A stretch of DNA of 64,000 nucleotides from NCBI GenBank assembly GCA_048013815.1, contig CM106585.1, positions 18,166,001-18,230,000 on the forward strand, in the 5' to 3' direction. Source of the DNA: Setoptus koraiensis. Its lineage: Eukaryota > Animalia > Arthropoda. Both the position numbers and the translations under genes were made by a program. Of this stretch, positions 26,978 through 39,993 are shown one piece after another. The notes under the pieces are model-generated. The model saw only the letters and a program-made list of their open reading frames with translations. It did not search any database and had not been told where the DNA came from. The first letter of the stretch is position 1. Each line of letters starts with the position of its first letter.

Positions 26978-27667
26978 TTAACTTTTGCACCCAGATGCCC
27001 ATTCGTATGTTCCGTCTGAGAATAAAATCTTTTTCCATATAGCAACCTGGGTTTTAACGTTTTGGAGTATTTTCATTGTGACTGAATGAGAAAAGTGTCG
27101 ACTAGTCGAGCTGACGCATATGATGATAGCCTCTTGGCCGACACTCACTACGCCTAAACGAGCTCCCAAGTATATCTTAGCATTCTTATCTATGTTATTA
27201 TTTGCAGAGTCAAGAGATGATTCTAACATCCCATCTGCTTGAATGCTTGTTCCCTTGTCATGATGGTTCCTCAACATGACGGGAATATTTGCTTTCTTTT
27301 CGTTTTGCATGCAATTAGTATCTTGTCGAAAAAGTTGCATCTTGACAATGGCGATCAATTGTTTGAATGCAAGAGGGCAATAGGCCTCGTATTCCAGAGC
27401 AATAATGGGCGAATATGCTGGAGTAGTTGCAAGAGTACGACTCGTTCTGAGATCAGTATCCCTGACGGTTCCCGAGAAGGTGTTTATGGCGCCGCAACGA
27501 AGCGATTTAACAAAGTTGATACCGTCTAGAATGTTCAATGGTTGGTCGGTCAAGACTACCCTGAATGTATCGTGATCAAACTGATAATGTTTTTCTGATT
27601 GGTGATGTAACGCGGTAGCGTTGAGACCGGGGACAATTTTGTTGTCGCTGTCGTCGATAGAAGCCAT
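26978..27667 (-). CDS. MOCS2: Molybdopterin synthase catalytic subunit (MOCS2B/MoaE)-like, intronless, ~229 aa, divergent
   Basis: CGAINTFSGTVR, ALEYEAY, RLGVVSVGQEAIIICVSS and KTQVAIWKK align to the MoaE fold. First ATG is at 27667. Confidence 0.88.
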   Translation of the reverse strand: MASIDDSDNKIVPGLNATALHHQSEKHYQFDHDTFRVVLTDQPLNILDGINFVKSLRCGAINTFSGTVRDTDLRTSRTLATTPAYSPIIALEYEAYCPLAFKQLIAIVKMQLFRQDTNCMQNEKKANIPVMLRNHHDKGTSIQADGMLESSLDSANNNIDKNAKIYLGARLGVVSVGQEAIIICVSSTSRHFSHSVTMKILQNVKTQVAIWKKILFSDGTYEWASGCKS

Positions 27668-28185
27668 TAGCCTAATGAGCAAGCAAAGTGTCAGTGATTA
27701 GATCAGTGATGGCTTGCATGAAGTTTATGCGTCATACTAATTGGTTACGTACCTGTTGTGTTGGTTGCCTAATTGTAAGACAGGAAAAAAACAACAGCAA
27801 AGTGAGGGATAGAAAGAGAAAAAAGTTTAACTTTTTCCAGTAAATAAACACATGTGTTCGCAGCAGTAGCAGCAGCAGCAGCAGGTTGTTCGTCAACTGC
27901 TCGCCCGACACAATCTGCCTCATGTGCGCTACTGGCGCTGCAGTCTGCAGATAATCTGCTAGTATTTTTGTGCGTGCGTTTGCCAGCGCAGAATCCAGTC
28001 GTGCATAGTGTGTCTGCTTGCGCGAGCGTCTCGCAGTGCATGTGCATGCTTGTGTGTGTGTTGCGCGAGCGTACTGCAGGAGAAGCGTCGGGCTGTGCTG
28101 TGTCGCAACATTGTTGGCTTCTGGTGGCACACTAACTACTATGTGCTGCTACAGCTATCACAGTAGATATCAAGTTGAAGCAAGA

Positions 28186-28232
28186 AGAGAGCGAGAGAGA
28201 GAGAGAGAGAGAGAGAGAAAAAAAGAGAGAGG
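28186..28232. repeat. (GA)n tract (GAGA-like) between the divergent MOCS2B and MARCH genes
   Basis: Direct reading of the sequence. Confidence 0.85.
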
Positions 28233-28587
28233 GAAAGGTATGGAAAAGCACTGCGTTTGTGGGGAACGTACTTATTTATGAAATTCTTGCACAAAATCAC
28301 TGAGAATGTTAAGATTTATCGGGCTTGCTCTTCGTTTTTGGTCTGGCAACAACACAATTATATAATTTATTTATAATATCGCCACGTCGAATGTGTGCCC
28401 AGGATCCTATGAGTACTTACAATATTATTATCATCACAGGATAGAGAGATACACGTCACATAGCGCGTCGTTGCTGGCACAACAATTGATCAAATCATCA
28501 TAATAATTATTATCAGCGTCAGTATTAATAATTTGTCTGGTCTATTTGGGGCCAAATCAGTCACCAGCAATTCAAACCGGGATAATC

Positions 28588-29691
28588 ATGTCTTTATCGC
28601 AGGTTGTTATTGATGGCGGATCGGACCATCCGCCATTGTCGCCCGTGTCTGGGGCCACTGCCACCAATGATGCCACCAATGCTGCTGCTGTTGCTGCTGC
28701 CACTAATATCAATGAAGCCGCTCAAGTCACACAAAGCATTATTGCGCATCCCGTAAACCGTCATGGTGACCAGGATGACGAAGACGAGGACAAAGTGTCG
28801 GTGGTTGTGGCCGGCCCAGGCGGCGAACAACCAGCCCAACAGACAGGCCAAGCAACCAGTGAGAGCAAGCAATCACAACAGCAACCAAACCAGACACGGC
28901 AACAATCATCACAGTCATCGCCACCGCCAACAACCGCAAATCAATCACGTTTTATTGATCTCAATGATGATGTGCCCACGTGTAGGATATGCCATTGCAC
29001 TGAACTCAACAAACTCATATCGCCATGCCATTGCTCCGGCTCGCTTAAATGGGTCCACCATAGCTGCTTGCAACAATGGCTCAGCGCCACAAATAGTCAA
29101 AGATGCGAATTGTGCAAGTACCAATTCAGCATGACAGTCAAATACAAGCCACTGCACAAGGTAAGCCATCATCTGACCACATAACTAGTCACATTACATG
29201 CTGTTATTACAGGCAGCCCCGTTTGTACACTCATTGCACCTAGACCTCTTATCACCCCGGCTAATCCGCCATTCTGTCGTTATTTTTTTTTCTCTCTCGC
29301 CCTACACAATACGCACCATCAACACATATCATCAATATATACATCACCACCTATTGACGCACCACGTCAACAACAGTGGGGCGCCCTCAACGCTACCGCC
29401 ACGGATAGGAGAAAACTCATTTGTAACTCAGTATTCAACCTTATTTCTATGATATGCGTATTTTGGTCCATTTATGTTCTCGTTGAAAGGGCCTCTTTAG
29501 ATGCTCGCGTCGGACAGATTGACTGGTCATTCTGGACTAAGATGTGCGTTATAACGATTGGATTTATTGGAGGAGTGATATTTCTATTTGTACAATTAAG
29601 ATTTTATTTTTCAATATTCTTGAGGTGGAGGCAATCAAATAGAATAATTGTTATCAGAAATGCCAACCTAAACGAAATTAAATTAAACTAA
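28588..29691 (+). CDS. MARCH-family (MARCH1/8-like) RING-CH E3 ubiquitin ligase, 295 aa; exons 28588-29160 and 29377-29691
   Basis: RING-CH CRICHC...LISPCHCSGSLKWVHHSCLQQW...CELCK. A 216-nt GTAAGC...AACAG intron leads to WGALNATATDRRKLICNSVFNLISMICVFWSIYVL...WSFWTKMCVITIGFIGG (two TM helices). Joined length is 888 nt. Confidence 0.92.
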
Positions 29692-30320
29692 TCAATCTTA
29701 GGATTTATATAACTACCACGCAGTTCCTCTACCTGGCCTATCACCTTACAAGCGCATAGCATTTGGATGATATTAATCAATATTTTAAACGCCATAAAGG
29801 GTGCACAAATCATTAAGGTCAATTCTATGTAGTAGCTTTGTTGCATAAAGTGATAGGCGTATAATGAGCAAAAGAATAGCTCATAAGCTACACATAGTGT
29901 AAATAGTATGATCTTACTTCCGTAGTAATATCGCATGAGTATATTAGTCTCAGAGTGTGCCGACTTATGTGATGTTTTACCCTGAACTGTTGATGAAAAA
30001 AAGTGTAACCAATGACTAGATATGTCAAGCGCTACAATCAATTGAAATAACAAATGATAATTTGGATATAGATGGCCTAGCGTCATAAGTAGACATAGTG
30101 AGGAAACGCGATCTGTTAGTTGGTCTAACATGGAACCAAACATAGTGGATTGATTGAGGAGCCTGGCAGCAAATCCATCGAAGGCGTCAAGAAATTGTGA
30201 TAATAAATAGAAGATGATGGTTTTCTCAAAATCGCTTAGCGCATAATATAGGGCTAACATTAATAATACTATTCTAATATATCCAATTATGTTTGGCACA
30301 TAAAAAAATATGTTGGCCAT
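29688..30320 (-). CDS. CDIPT: CDP-diacylglycerol--inositol 3-phosphatidyltransferase (PI synthase), intronless, 210 aa
   Basis: NIFFYVPNIIGYIR start, CDP-alcohol phosphotransferase motif DAFDGFAARLLNQSTMFGSMLDQLTDR, and DISSHW. Confidence 0.96.
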   Translation of the reverse strand: MANIFFYVPNIIGYIRIVLLMLALYYALSDFEKTIIFYLLSQFLDAFDGFAARLLNQSTMFGSMLDQLTDRVSSLCLLMTLGHLYPNYHLLFQLIVALDISSHWLHFFSSTVQGKTSHKSAHSETNILMRYYYGSKIILFTLCVAYELFFCSLYAYHFMQQSYYIELTLMICAPFMAFKILINIIQMLCACKVIGQVEELRGSYINPKID

Positions 30321-30660
30321 TTTGAGAATGTTACAAAAAGATCCTTGTTAGCTAATGAACAGCACTATTGAAATATTTGTCATAGATATAGTTATGGTAG
30401 ATGATGTGTATGCTCTACTCCTGAATGATTCCCATGTATATAATACACGATCGCATTTCCGAAATGAATGCGATATTGCACTCAAGTGTCCAATTAGAAG
30501 ACAACTAACTATACTATATAAGAGAGATGTTGCCAACGTGATATAATCTGGGTTACTGACGGACGCGAGTCTCTTGCCAAGTGATTATGACAAGCCATGG
30601 AAGAGATGATTGAAATGAGAACTAATAGATACACTTTCTAAATATCTAAAAATATAGTGG

Positions 30661-30676
30661 TCGCGGCAAATTTGAA
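30661..30676 (+). promoter_or_regulatory. Candidate CDE/E2F-CHR (DREAM-type) composite element TCGCGG-CAAA-TTTGAA
   Basis: GC element, 4-nt spacer and TTTGAA, in the divergent PIS/dynamin intergenic region. Motif match only. Confidence 0.3.
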
Positions 30677-30817
30677 AAATACTAGAGGCCGTTGTTTACG
30701 TGGGTACTAGGCGCATGCCCATAGCAGCCATTGGTGTGATTCGCGGATTCTTTTATTCCCTCATCGGATATTGTTGGCAGACACTTGACGTGTACCCACA
30801 TATACACGGGGACACAC

Positions 30818-30858
<41 letters not shown>

Positions 30859-31725
30859 CACACACAAGGCTGACGAGAACTGGCTATGCGCAAAAGGGTT
30901 GTCCAATTGGGTGCCCTTGCCAATACATTTCGCCAGACGATTATAACTGGTGTATATGCCAGGGGCCCCAGACTGGGGCGATCCGCAGTCCGCAGAGAGC
31001 AATTGTATGTGTGAGCGCGTTGCTTCGCACGAAGGATACGGTGCTGCTGATGAGTAAAAGGAAAAGGGGAAGCTTAGACACTAGAGCGGGTACTGGGGGC
31101 CCGATTCGTGAATGAAAACAGCAACCAAGCAGCCGCATCGTTTGCCAATTGAGGCGCACTACGGGTAGCGTTCCGGACTGAAGCACTAGTCACACAATCA
31201 GCATCAATATAACATATACATCGATATCAACAATATATATGTACATTATATGTGTGCGTGTGTGTGTGTGAGTACAACAACTATTGGTTCGGGGAAAAGA
31301 ATTCGGACATCGTCAAACTTCGCATAAAGCTCAAGTGCAGCCTTTAATTGGACGGAACTCCGAGATGCCGTTCCGCCAGGAGACTAGCTGATAATCTTCC
31401 GCGCAATTCGATATCGCAAGTGCTCACATGCTATCATTAGTAACAGTCGGAATTTCAGCAGATATTAATAGAATTGAAAGCAGCCAATGGATTTAAAAAC
31501 CTACGCAGTTGTTCAGTAGCAACGTTAGCGCAACTAAGCTATCGCAACAATAGACAATACTACTCGACAGAGTTGTCCTTGACCGGATACCGTGCTATTG
31601 ATTGCAATTAAAACTTGATCATATAATCACATAACCGACAGCAGACAGAGACCAGAGGTAGTATAGTCATTATATTATTGTTACTGTTATTACTGGTAGC
31701 ATAACAGGAGTCGTGTTCAGACAAT

Positions 31726-34212
31726 ATGGCTGGTTGGAGCAACGACGGAATGGAGGGCCTCATCGGGGTGGTCAACAAACTTCATGACGCCTTCACAAGT
31801 TTGGGTGTCAGTCTAAGCTTGGACTTGCCACAGATTGCCGTAGTGGGTGGCCAGTCGGCGGGAAAATCGTCCGTATTAGAGAATTTCGTTGGCAGAGATT
31901 TCTTGCCGCGAGGAGCTGGAATTGTCACTAGGCGACCATTGATATTGCAATTGTTGTTCTCGCAGCAAGAATACGGAGAGTTTGCACATTGTCGCGGAAC
32001 GAAATTCACCGATTTTGACAAAATTCGCCAAGAGATAGAAGAGGAAACAGACAGGCAAACTGGCTCAAATAAGGGCATATCGCCCGTTCCCATAAGCTTG
32101 AGAGTATACTCGCCCCATGTACTCAATCTCACCTTGATTGATTTGCCCGGTCTCACTAAGGTGCCCGTGGGTGATCAACCTGCCGACATTGAGCACCAGA
32201 TTCGCGAGATGTTGTTGACATTTGTTAGACGAGACAATACACTTATATTGGCCGTCACACCAGCCAATCAAGATCTTGCCACAAGTGACGCACTTAAACT
32301 GGCCAAAGAAGTCGACCCGGACGGCATCAGAACTATTGGTGTTATCACCAAATTGGACCTGATGGACCAGGGCACAGATGCCAAAGATATTCTAGAGAAC
32401 AAGGTCTTTCCATTGCGACGTGGCTATATCGGTGTGATAAACAGATCCCAGAAGGACATTGAGGGCCGCAAAGATATCAGGGCCTCGTTGGAGGCTGAGC
32501 GCAAATTCTTTTTATCGCATCCATCCTATAGTCATATGGCCGAACGATGCGGTACGGGCTATTTGCAACGTGTGCTCAATCAGCAATTGACCAATCATAT
32601 TAGAGATACGTTGCCAGCTTTGCGAGACAAGTTACAAAAGCAATTGTTGTCGTTAGAGAAAGAAGTGGAGGAATTTCGTCATTTCAAGCCAGACGATCCG
32701 TCGCGAAAGACGAAGGCCATGCTTCAAATGATACAACAACTGCAGAATGATTTTGAGCGGTCTATTGAGGGCTCGGGCAATTCTGCTATCAATACGGCGG
32801 AATTGTCCGGCGGTGCCAAAATAAATCGTTTGTTTCACGAGAGATTTCCATTTGAAATTGTCAAAATGGAATGCGATGAAAAAGAATTGCGAAGAGAGAT
32901 CGCTTATGCAATTAGAAATATTCACGGTATTAGAGTGGGTCTATTCACGCCTGACATGGCGTTCGATGCTATTGTCAAGACACAAATAGATAGATTACGT
33001 GAACCATCCTTAAAATGTGTCGATTTGGTTGTTCAAGAGTTGGGAAATGTTATGAGAAAATGCGCTGAGCGTATGGCACGCTTTCCGCGTCTTCGCGAAG
33101 AAATAGAAAGGATAATCACTTCGTACATAAGAGAACGAGAGGGTTTATTGAAGGAGCAACTATTGTTGCTGGTAGACGTTCAATTGGCCTATATGAATAC
33201 AAATCACGAAGATTTCATTGGATTCTCGACTGTTCAGCAAAGCTCTGATTCTAATTCATCCAGTAGTCAGCGTAAAATTGGCAATCAAGTTATAAGAAAA
33301 GGCTGGATGATTATACACAATCTGGGCATAATTAGAGGCGGCTCAAAAGGTTATTGGTTTGTGTTGACGGCCGAATCATTGAGTTGGTTCAAGGATGAAG
33401 AGGAAAAAGATAAAAAGTACATGCTGCCATTGGATAGTCTCAAAATACGAGATATCGAGGCGGGTTTTATGTCAATGCGACGCTACACATTCTCATTGTT
33501 CAATTCGGACAATAGAAACGTTTACAAGGATTCAAAATGTCTAGAATTGTCTTGCGAATCTCAAGAGGAAGTGGACTCTTGGAAAGCTTCCTTCCTAAGA
33601 GCGGGTGTCTATTTAGAGCGAGCCAGTGCCCGAAGTGAATCGAGTAATGAAAACGAGGATGGTAACTCAGGTGGTCCGTCAAATGGTCAAATAACATCGC
33701 TAGATCCACAATTGGAGCGCCAAGTGGAGACTATCAGAAATCTAGTGGATTCATATATGAAAATTGTTACTAAAACATTCAGAGATTTAGTCCCAAAATT
33801 GATTATGCACTTAATGATTAATTCTACAAAGAATTATATATTCAGCGAACTGTTAGCTGCCTTATATCAAGCGGGCGACCAGGCCACCCTGATGGAGGAA
33901 TCGCCAGAAGAGGAGCGCAGAAGACAAGAGCTCCTAAAGACTTATCACGCTTGTAAAGAGGCCTTGAAAATTATTGGGGACGTTAGTATGCAGACCACTT
34001 ATTCGCCGCCACCCACAAGAGATTCGTGGTCATCATCAAGTATACGATCTTCCCAGGGCCCACCGCCGCCAGCACCCTCGTCTATGGGCGTGAATCGAAA
34101 TGTCACTCCATCAAATCCGGGCCGGCCAAGTCCAGCACCGATCCCATCGCCGGGTAGAGCTCCGCCATCCATACCACAACGAGGAGCTCCTTCGCTGCCG
34201 CCGAGACAATAG
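31726..34212 (+). CDS. shi: Classical dynamin (shibire ortholog), intronless, 828 aa
   Basis: GTPase motifs [12 protein letters not shown] and TKLD, followed by the middle domain, a PH domain (VIRKGWM...[27 protein letters not shown]), the GED ([16 protein letters not shown]) and a proline-rich tail. Confidence 0.98.
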   Translation: MAGWSNDGMEGLIGVVNKLHDAFTSLGVSLSLDLPQIAVVGGQSAGKSSVLENFVGRDFLPRGAGIVTRRPLILQLLFSQQEYGEFAHCRGTKFTDFDKIRQEIEEETDRQTGSNKGISPVPISLRVYSPHVLNLTLIDLPGLTKVPVGDQPADIEHQIREMLLTFVRRDNTLILAVTPANQDLATSDALKLAKEVDPDGIRTIGVITKLDLMDQGTDAKDILENKVFPLRRGYIGVINRSQKDIEGRKDIRASLEAERKFFLSHPSYSHMAERCGTGYLQRVLNQQLTNHIRDTLPALRDKLQKQLLSLEKEVEEFRHFKPDDPSRKTKAMLQMIQQLQNDFERSIEGSGNSAINTAELSGGAKINRLFHERFPFEIVKMECDEKELRREIAYAIRNIHGIRVGLFTPDMAFDAIVKTQIDRLREPSLKCVDLVVQELGNVMRKCAERMARFPRLREEIERIITSYIREREGLLKEQLLLLVDVQLAYMNTNHEDFIGFSTVQQSSDSNSSSSQRKIGNQVIRKGWMIIHNLGIIRGGSKGYWFVLTAESLSWFKDEEEKDKKYMLPLDSLKIRDIEAGFMSMRRYTFSLFNSDNRNVYKDSKCLELSCESQEEVDSWKASFLRAGVYLERASARSESSNENEDGNSGGPSNGQITSLDPQLERQVETIRNLVDSYMKIVTKTFRDLVPKLIMHLMINSTKNYIFSELLAALYQAGDQATLMEESPEEERRRQELLKTYHACKEALKIIGDVSMQTTYSPPPTRDSWSSSSIRSSQGPPPPAPSSMGVNRNVTPSNPGRPSPAPIPSPGRAPPSIPQRGAPSLPPRQ

Positions 34213-35757
34213 GCTCACGACAATAGGCTTACGACAACAGAGCTGCTGATTCAAAATATAACCCGACAGACTAATAATACAGATTATTATTATATCTGTC
34301 AAAAAATACTCAAGAGATATATAGCCTTTACAATGTACATCTCTTTGTTTATATCTCACTTCAACTTTGATTATTTATGCCGGAAATGTTGTAGAACACT
34401 GACGATTTGAAACGATTTAGCACCATCAATCTAGTCCACCGGCGATTGGTTACTTTAATAGTTTATCACTTATTACAGCACAGATAACTAGACTGTTCTG
34501 GCGAGGCGATAGCAAAAACAAACAAAAAAATATTTGTATTTTTACTTTGTTACGTTATTATTATCATTATTATTATCATCACTATCATCATTATTATTAT
34601 TATCATTATCATAATCATTTGAGACCTAGACAATTGACTGGGGAAGTATAAATACAGCTTGTTTGGACACATCATTGAATAGCTATTAGAATTGCAACAC
34701 TGTTGGTCGTGACGACACTTTTTCTCTTTCGATCTCGAATGGATGGTACAAAATCATAGTATATCACAAATAGCATCTAATATTTATTACACAGATCAAT
34801 CGATCTTGATAATTCTATCAATTAACATTATCAACTTGAGTCTGAAATCTATTAGACACTCATACTGTTATTTACTGAGTTAACTGTTATTAGCTGATCT
34901 GATTTGTCGCAAAGCATCGCCTTGGATGGATTTGGTAGATTGACAGTATAATAATCGTTGGCGTTCGTCTACGATCTGTCTATCGTTTTACCAGCGCGAG
35001 AATAATTATCAATTTTTGTAACGAGCAGCAATTGTTAGAGATTGATCAGCACAAATCATTGATCACAGGCTCTATAAATAAATGTACTTTATGATTAGTT
35101 TAGAAATTGTTCCGTCTGACTACAGAATAGTTGTTGTGTGAGAGAGGCAATAACAAACACTGACATTCACTAATACAATACTTCACTATCTACTAATACC
35201 TATATTTTTCTTACACATCAGTCGTTTGTTTGTTCTGATGTTTATCTCACAACATTGTCAACTAAAAATTGATTGGCTAGTTCTCACTCTCATCACTTAT
35301 TATTAATAATGTTGCTATAATACTAAATAAATACAGCAACAACAACAGCGCTCTAGTGCATCAACTGATTGTGAGACTTGTTGGCCAATCGGGTCGCAGT
35401 ATTTACAAGTGGTTGATACAGTTATAGTGGCTCGAAAATAGGTCAACAATAGAGATACTTGTGTTGCCCGACGAGTTGTTGTTGCTTGTGGGTTGTTGCT
35501 CTGAGTTGTAGTGTCTGGAAATGGGGGGAAGCGTGAAAAACAAGAGCGACTGTGTGCGCCGTTGTCCAACATTGCTGCAAATGTTGGCCCGAAGTGAACC
35601 CCACTTGAAGGTTGTTCCCGAATCAATTCGGGTCGATGACCCTGTTCTCAGGGTGCATTGACCAGATATTGGCCTCATGGTTGGGCGCGTGACCCCCAAT
35701 AGGAATGCATTCCGCACCCTGTCCGCCGTTCGTTATGTCATATTCCCGCTCGTGCCG

Positions 35758-35790
<33 letters not shown>

Positions 35791-38700
35791 CAGTCTGGCG
35801 GAAATGACTAGAGAAAGAGGTGGGGGCGAGGCTCGCCCCTCGCACCGTTTCCATGAATAACGGGATAAAGTCCACAAAATGGGCACCAGCTCCTCTGGCC
35901 GTGGGGCTGCACACTCAAATGAGTTATACTTTTAGTTGTAACTGGCTGATGCTTGCCGAAGCGACAACAAAAGTAATGTTCACCATGGTGTAGTGTATCG
36001 GAATTTGAAGCCAAGCGAAGCAACTGACAGCAACAGCCCAACAGAAACAAGCTCATCGCAGAGGTCATGAACACATGAATTGTTTTCCATCCCAACTGAC
36101 TATGACATGTAGACTGTGTCATCAGACAGGTGTCTATCTTGCACGACAGCATCTTGTTGACTCCATCAGAGGCCCAACTTTGGCCGCAACGCACCAAAAG
36201 CAATGATGAATGCCTCGCAATGTTGTCAACTTCGAACAGATAGCCGACCATCTATCATCGTATATCTATCATCCGCGACTAACCATGCCCGCAGCAAGTG
36301 CCACTATCCGGCAGTTAAACAGTGCTCCTTTCGCGCTTGTCGTTCAGTCCTTTAGCCAATATAAACTCGCAAGGGTTAATCTAGCGTCTCTGCACTCAAA
36401 CTGGCATCACAAACTAACATCACAAAAATGGCAAGCTTATCAATATTTCGTCATCGCCAGCGACAATAAGATTGATTGGCTCGCTGTTGTCTGAAAGTCA
36501 ACGGCAATCAATTTGAATCGGCCAACAAGCCGTGCATTTTTCCTTTCCGTTTGTGTGAAACTTGATCAATTCTCTTGATTGCTCTATTCCTAAGCGAGCA
36601 ACAACCTAATCAGAAATATCCGATATTATCTGCTGCATGCTCGTGTAACTGCATTAACCGCCATAAGCAATGAGCCCTAGGTTCATATCTCCACACCATG
36701 CGTGCTATCAGAGGCGCACGAATGCTGGCTGATAAATTCATTATGAGAAGCTACAAAAACGCTTTCATGACTGATTTGCAAATGAGGCGCCGCACGAGAG
36801 CATTGTCGGTGAATATATTTTTGTCTCCCATTGTTGCCATCGAACGAGCACCAACAAGCATTCACTGGTAGGGTTGCCTCTTCTGTCGCTAATTATTCAG
36901 GCTTTTCATTATTAAGTGAGGCCCCGACAATAAATCGAGTCGTTGGTTGAATAACGTGTCACGGTCGTGCTAATGGTCGCTCAACTCCACAAAGTTCATT
37001 GGCACCTATGCATCATTATGAAGATATTATCTGTGAGCTTCGCTCGGGTTTGGACGTGATTCAGTGGGTGAGGCAATCTTTTGAGTGATCGCCATTCACT
37101 TCGGAGGACACCTTTTGTTGCTGTTGTTGTCGCTGTTGTTGCACCGATGAAGCCCTATGTGGTCTATTCACCGACGTGATTTTCAGCCATCCGATTGAAT
37201 GGAGCGAGCATCAGCAGTGTCATTCGGCGCCCATTGTCATCCTCAACTGGAGAGTCGCGAGAATTCAGTCGAAAGGGAAACCACCCTTCCGACTGAATTC
37301 TTTTGTCCGTGCTAGACATCTTGAAACTACTGCCACTACACTTGTAAATGTATTCAACACTACGCCCACGTCACATGATGATATTGCGTCTCAAAGGATT
37401 GATATTCACACAGTCATAGACTTATTCGTTAATATAATGTGTTCGAGTGTACGTCAAGTGTAATTATATTTGTGTGCCAACTTAGACTGTTTCGGCTGTG
37501 TTGAATTGCCTTCAATAAGTCTGCCAATCTGATCACAAGTCAGAATAATATTGAAATTTAATCGAAGTCACATCAAGTTTACACTTGATATGATTTTGAT
37601 GATCGACACTTGAACATTTCAAACTAAGCCACCCATCGATCACGCTCCCATTGATTCAATATCCAGATGCATTCAACGATGATGCTCGAAATACTTAGTC
37701 TCGGCATCGATAGATAAAGCATATTTGCTGGCATTCTTTTTTATCATAATATGAGCATCGCGTCTAAAGTTGATCTTTGATTGCATTCAAAGCATACACA
37801 ACATTGCGGCAGTAATTGAATATTGCATAAAACAGCATGCGAAAGATAAATAGAGAGAGAGAGAGAGAGAGAGGGTGCAATGAAGTGATGAAATTTCCTC
37901 AAAATGCTCATCATGTTTGACTGATCACCAGCAACAGATAAAACGCAAGTAGATATAATAATAATAGTAATGCATGCCGAGTAAGCTAACTATACGAGAA
38001 GGGGATTAGTCGTGTGAGATTACCGTTATCGAGTGCTTATGTTGATCAGAAACACGAGCACTCCAATCGTGGATGGTCAACAATCTCCAAAGAAAGCACA
38101 AATGACCATTTGCTTACGTGGGTCAGTTATGAGCCCTGAAATGAAATTAATGTTTGCCTCTTTCACGTGCTGCAGCCCTGAGTCTATCATAACATAATAT
38201 TAGTATAAGAGGACGCATATTGTGTCGATTGGCCCCATTACGTTGCTCATTTATTTGGGTCAACAAAGAAATAGCGGACTGGTTGTTGACCGCTCATGTC
38301 CGTCCGCCAGTCAGTCATCCAGTAGCAATAGTCATTATCAGGAAGAGGGCATTATCTCTCCCAACTTATCTATGTACTTTTCAGTGTGTGTGGGGGGTTC
38401 TACATACAATAATAACGATGGCGACGACGACGTAATATGATGAGATGATTATTATAGATCAGACCACTGCTGCGTTGTTGTCAGTCGCGAGTCAGGACAA
38501 TGTTCAATATAAATTATGTAACCTCGTAAGCATCCGACAATTGGACAATTGTAAACAACTGGACAATGACCAACACAAAACTAACGAGGTTATCTCTACT
38601 ATATACCAAAGGTATTATATAATGCAGCAGCAAAAACAACAATTTGTATCTGTGCAATCATCGTTTTCATCTAGCCAGCCAGCCAGCTAGCTCGGTGGCT

Positions 38701-39993
38701 TTTGTTGATTCTAATGCTGATGCTGTGGTGATAGTAGTTATGTGGTGGAGGCCACGTATTTGCCGGCAAACCATTTTGACACACAATTAGTTTGATGGCC
38801 AGTCAAGTATCAACAATGGGCAAAAAGAGATGCAAGCTAGCCGTTTTTTGAGCTCTTTGTCCACCCCCGCTATCTATTACATAATCATAGCGCTACTGTT
38901 CCCAAATTAGTTATACAATTGCAATGAGACGTAATGTTACCATTTTTCTCACTGTCTATATAGTAACTGTCTGATTAATGAAAAACGTTTTTCGTGTGTT
39001 CGTTATTTAATGGCTAGTAATGGCTTTTATTTCGAGACTGAGCTAACATCCAACAGTCATTGTAGAACGTGACCTCAGGCGCTTACGGTGAAATAATGAG
39101 TTATCCGTTGATTATTAAGTGCTGCTATTTTCAACTGACCTAATGCAAACTCAAAAGATTCATCGTGGCTTTATGGTTGACATTTTGGTCCCTTTAAAAT
39201 TCAATGCGCATACGTTCAACAGAGTTTGTGATAAATGGCTGTATAGAAGTTTGGTCGTTCCGCGGCTTCTGTTTGAATTGAACGAGCTTCAATAGTTAGT
39301 CAACAATGTTGCGAGAGTGTCCAACGAACGTGTTGTAACAATTTTATTCTAGACACTTTATTGTGTGTCATCAATCTAGCAATACCATTATGGTGACATC
39401 TGAGCTCGGTCTAGGCACAATACAGGCAGATATGGAAGGATTTTTGCTTGAGTTATTGTTGGAACGATGCAAAATCCAGATCAGTTTTATATTTGTTTGG
39501 TTGGAACAAACGTTGGTTCGGGGTGTGGAATTGTGTGCTATGGATTTTGAGAATTGTAATTTACAATAGACATATTAAGCAATAATCGTTTATAATGTGT
39601 CAAATACTTTATAAAGGCGACACTATTCTTTTTGGCAGTCCTATTTTCGATGGTCTGATCTCATCAGCTATCGTTACAACTGAGAGGCTCAGTTATGTCC
39701 CACGGGCTGAATGAATCAATTGGCTACGAGACCATAGTGACAGTGCGAGCTCGCAAAAGTATCGCTCGTGGTCTCCGAACGATCTGGAGAAATCGGAAAA
39801 CGATGAATGGGAGGAATAGTGATAGCAGTGAACGGTCGGAAAGAAAGTAAGGAAATGTATTTCTTAGTACTGAGTACGTGTACTTACTCAGATCGACCCG
39901 CGCCGTAACCATAAACTGTATATAAAATGTAGATGACATGCTATTTAGTGATCATCTGGCAATGATATCGCTTTTTCATTTAGCGAAGCCGTA

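Noticed and set aside
35300-39700. Several 60-150 aa ORFs between dynamin and the peroxidase
   Set aside because: They overlap on both strands, are Cys/Arg/Ser-rich, show no domains and have no coherent splice chain. The region is likely UTR or regulatory DNA.
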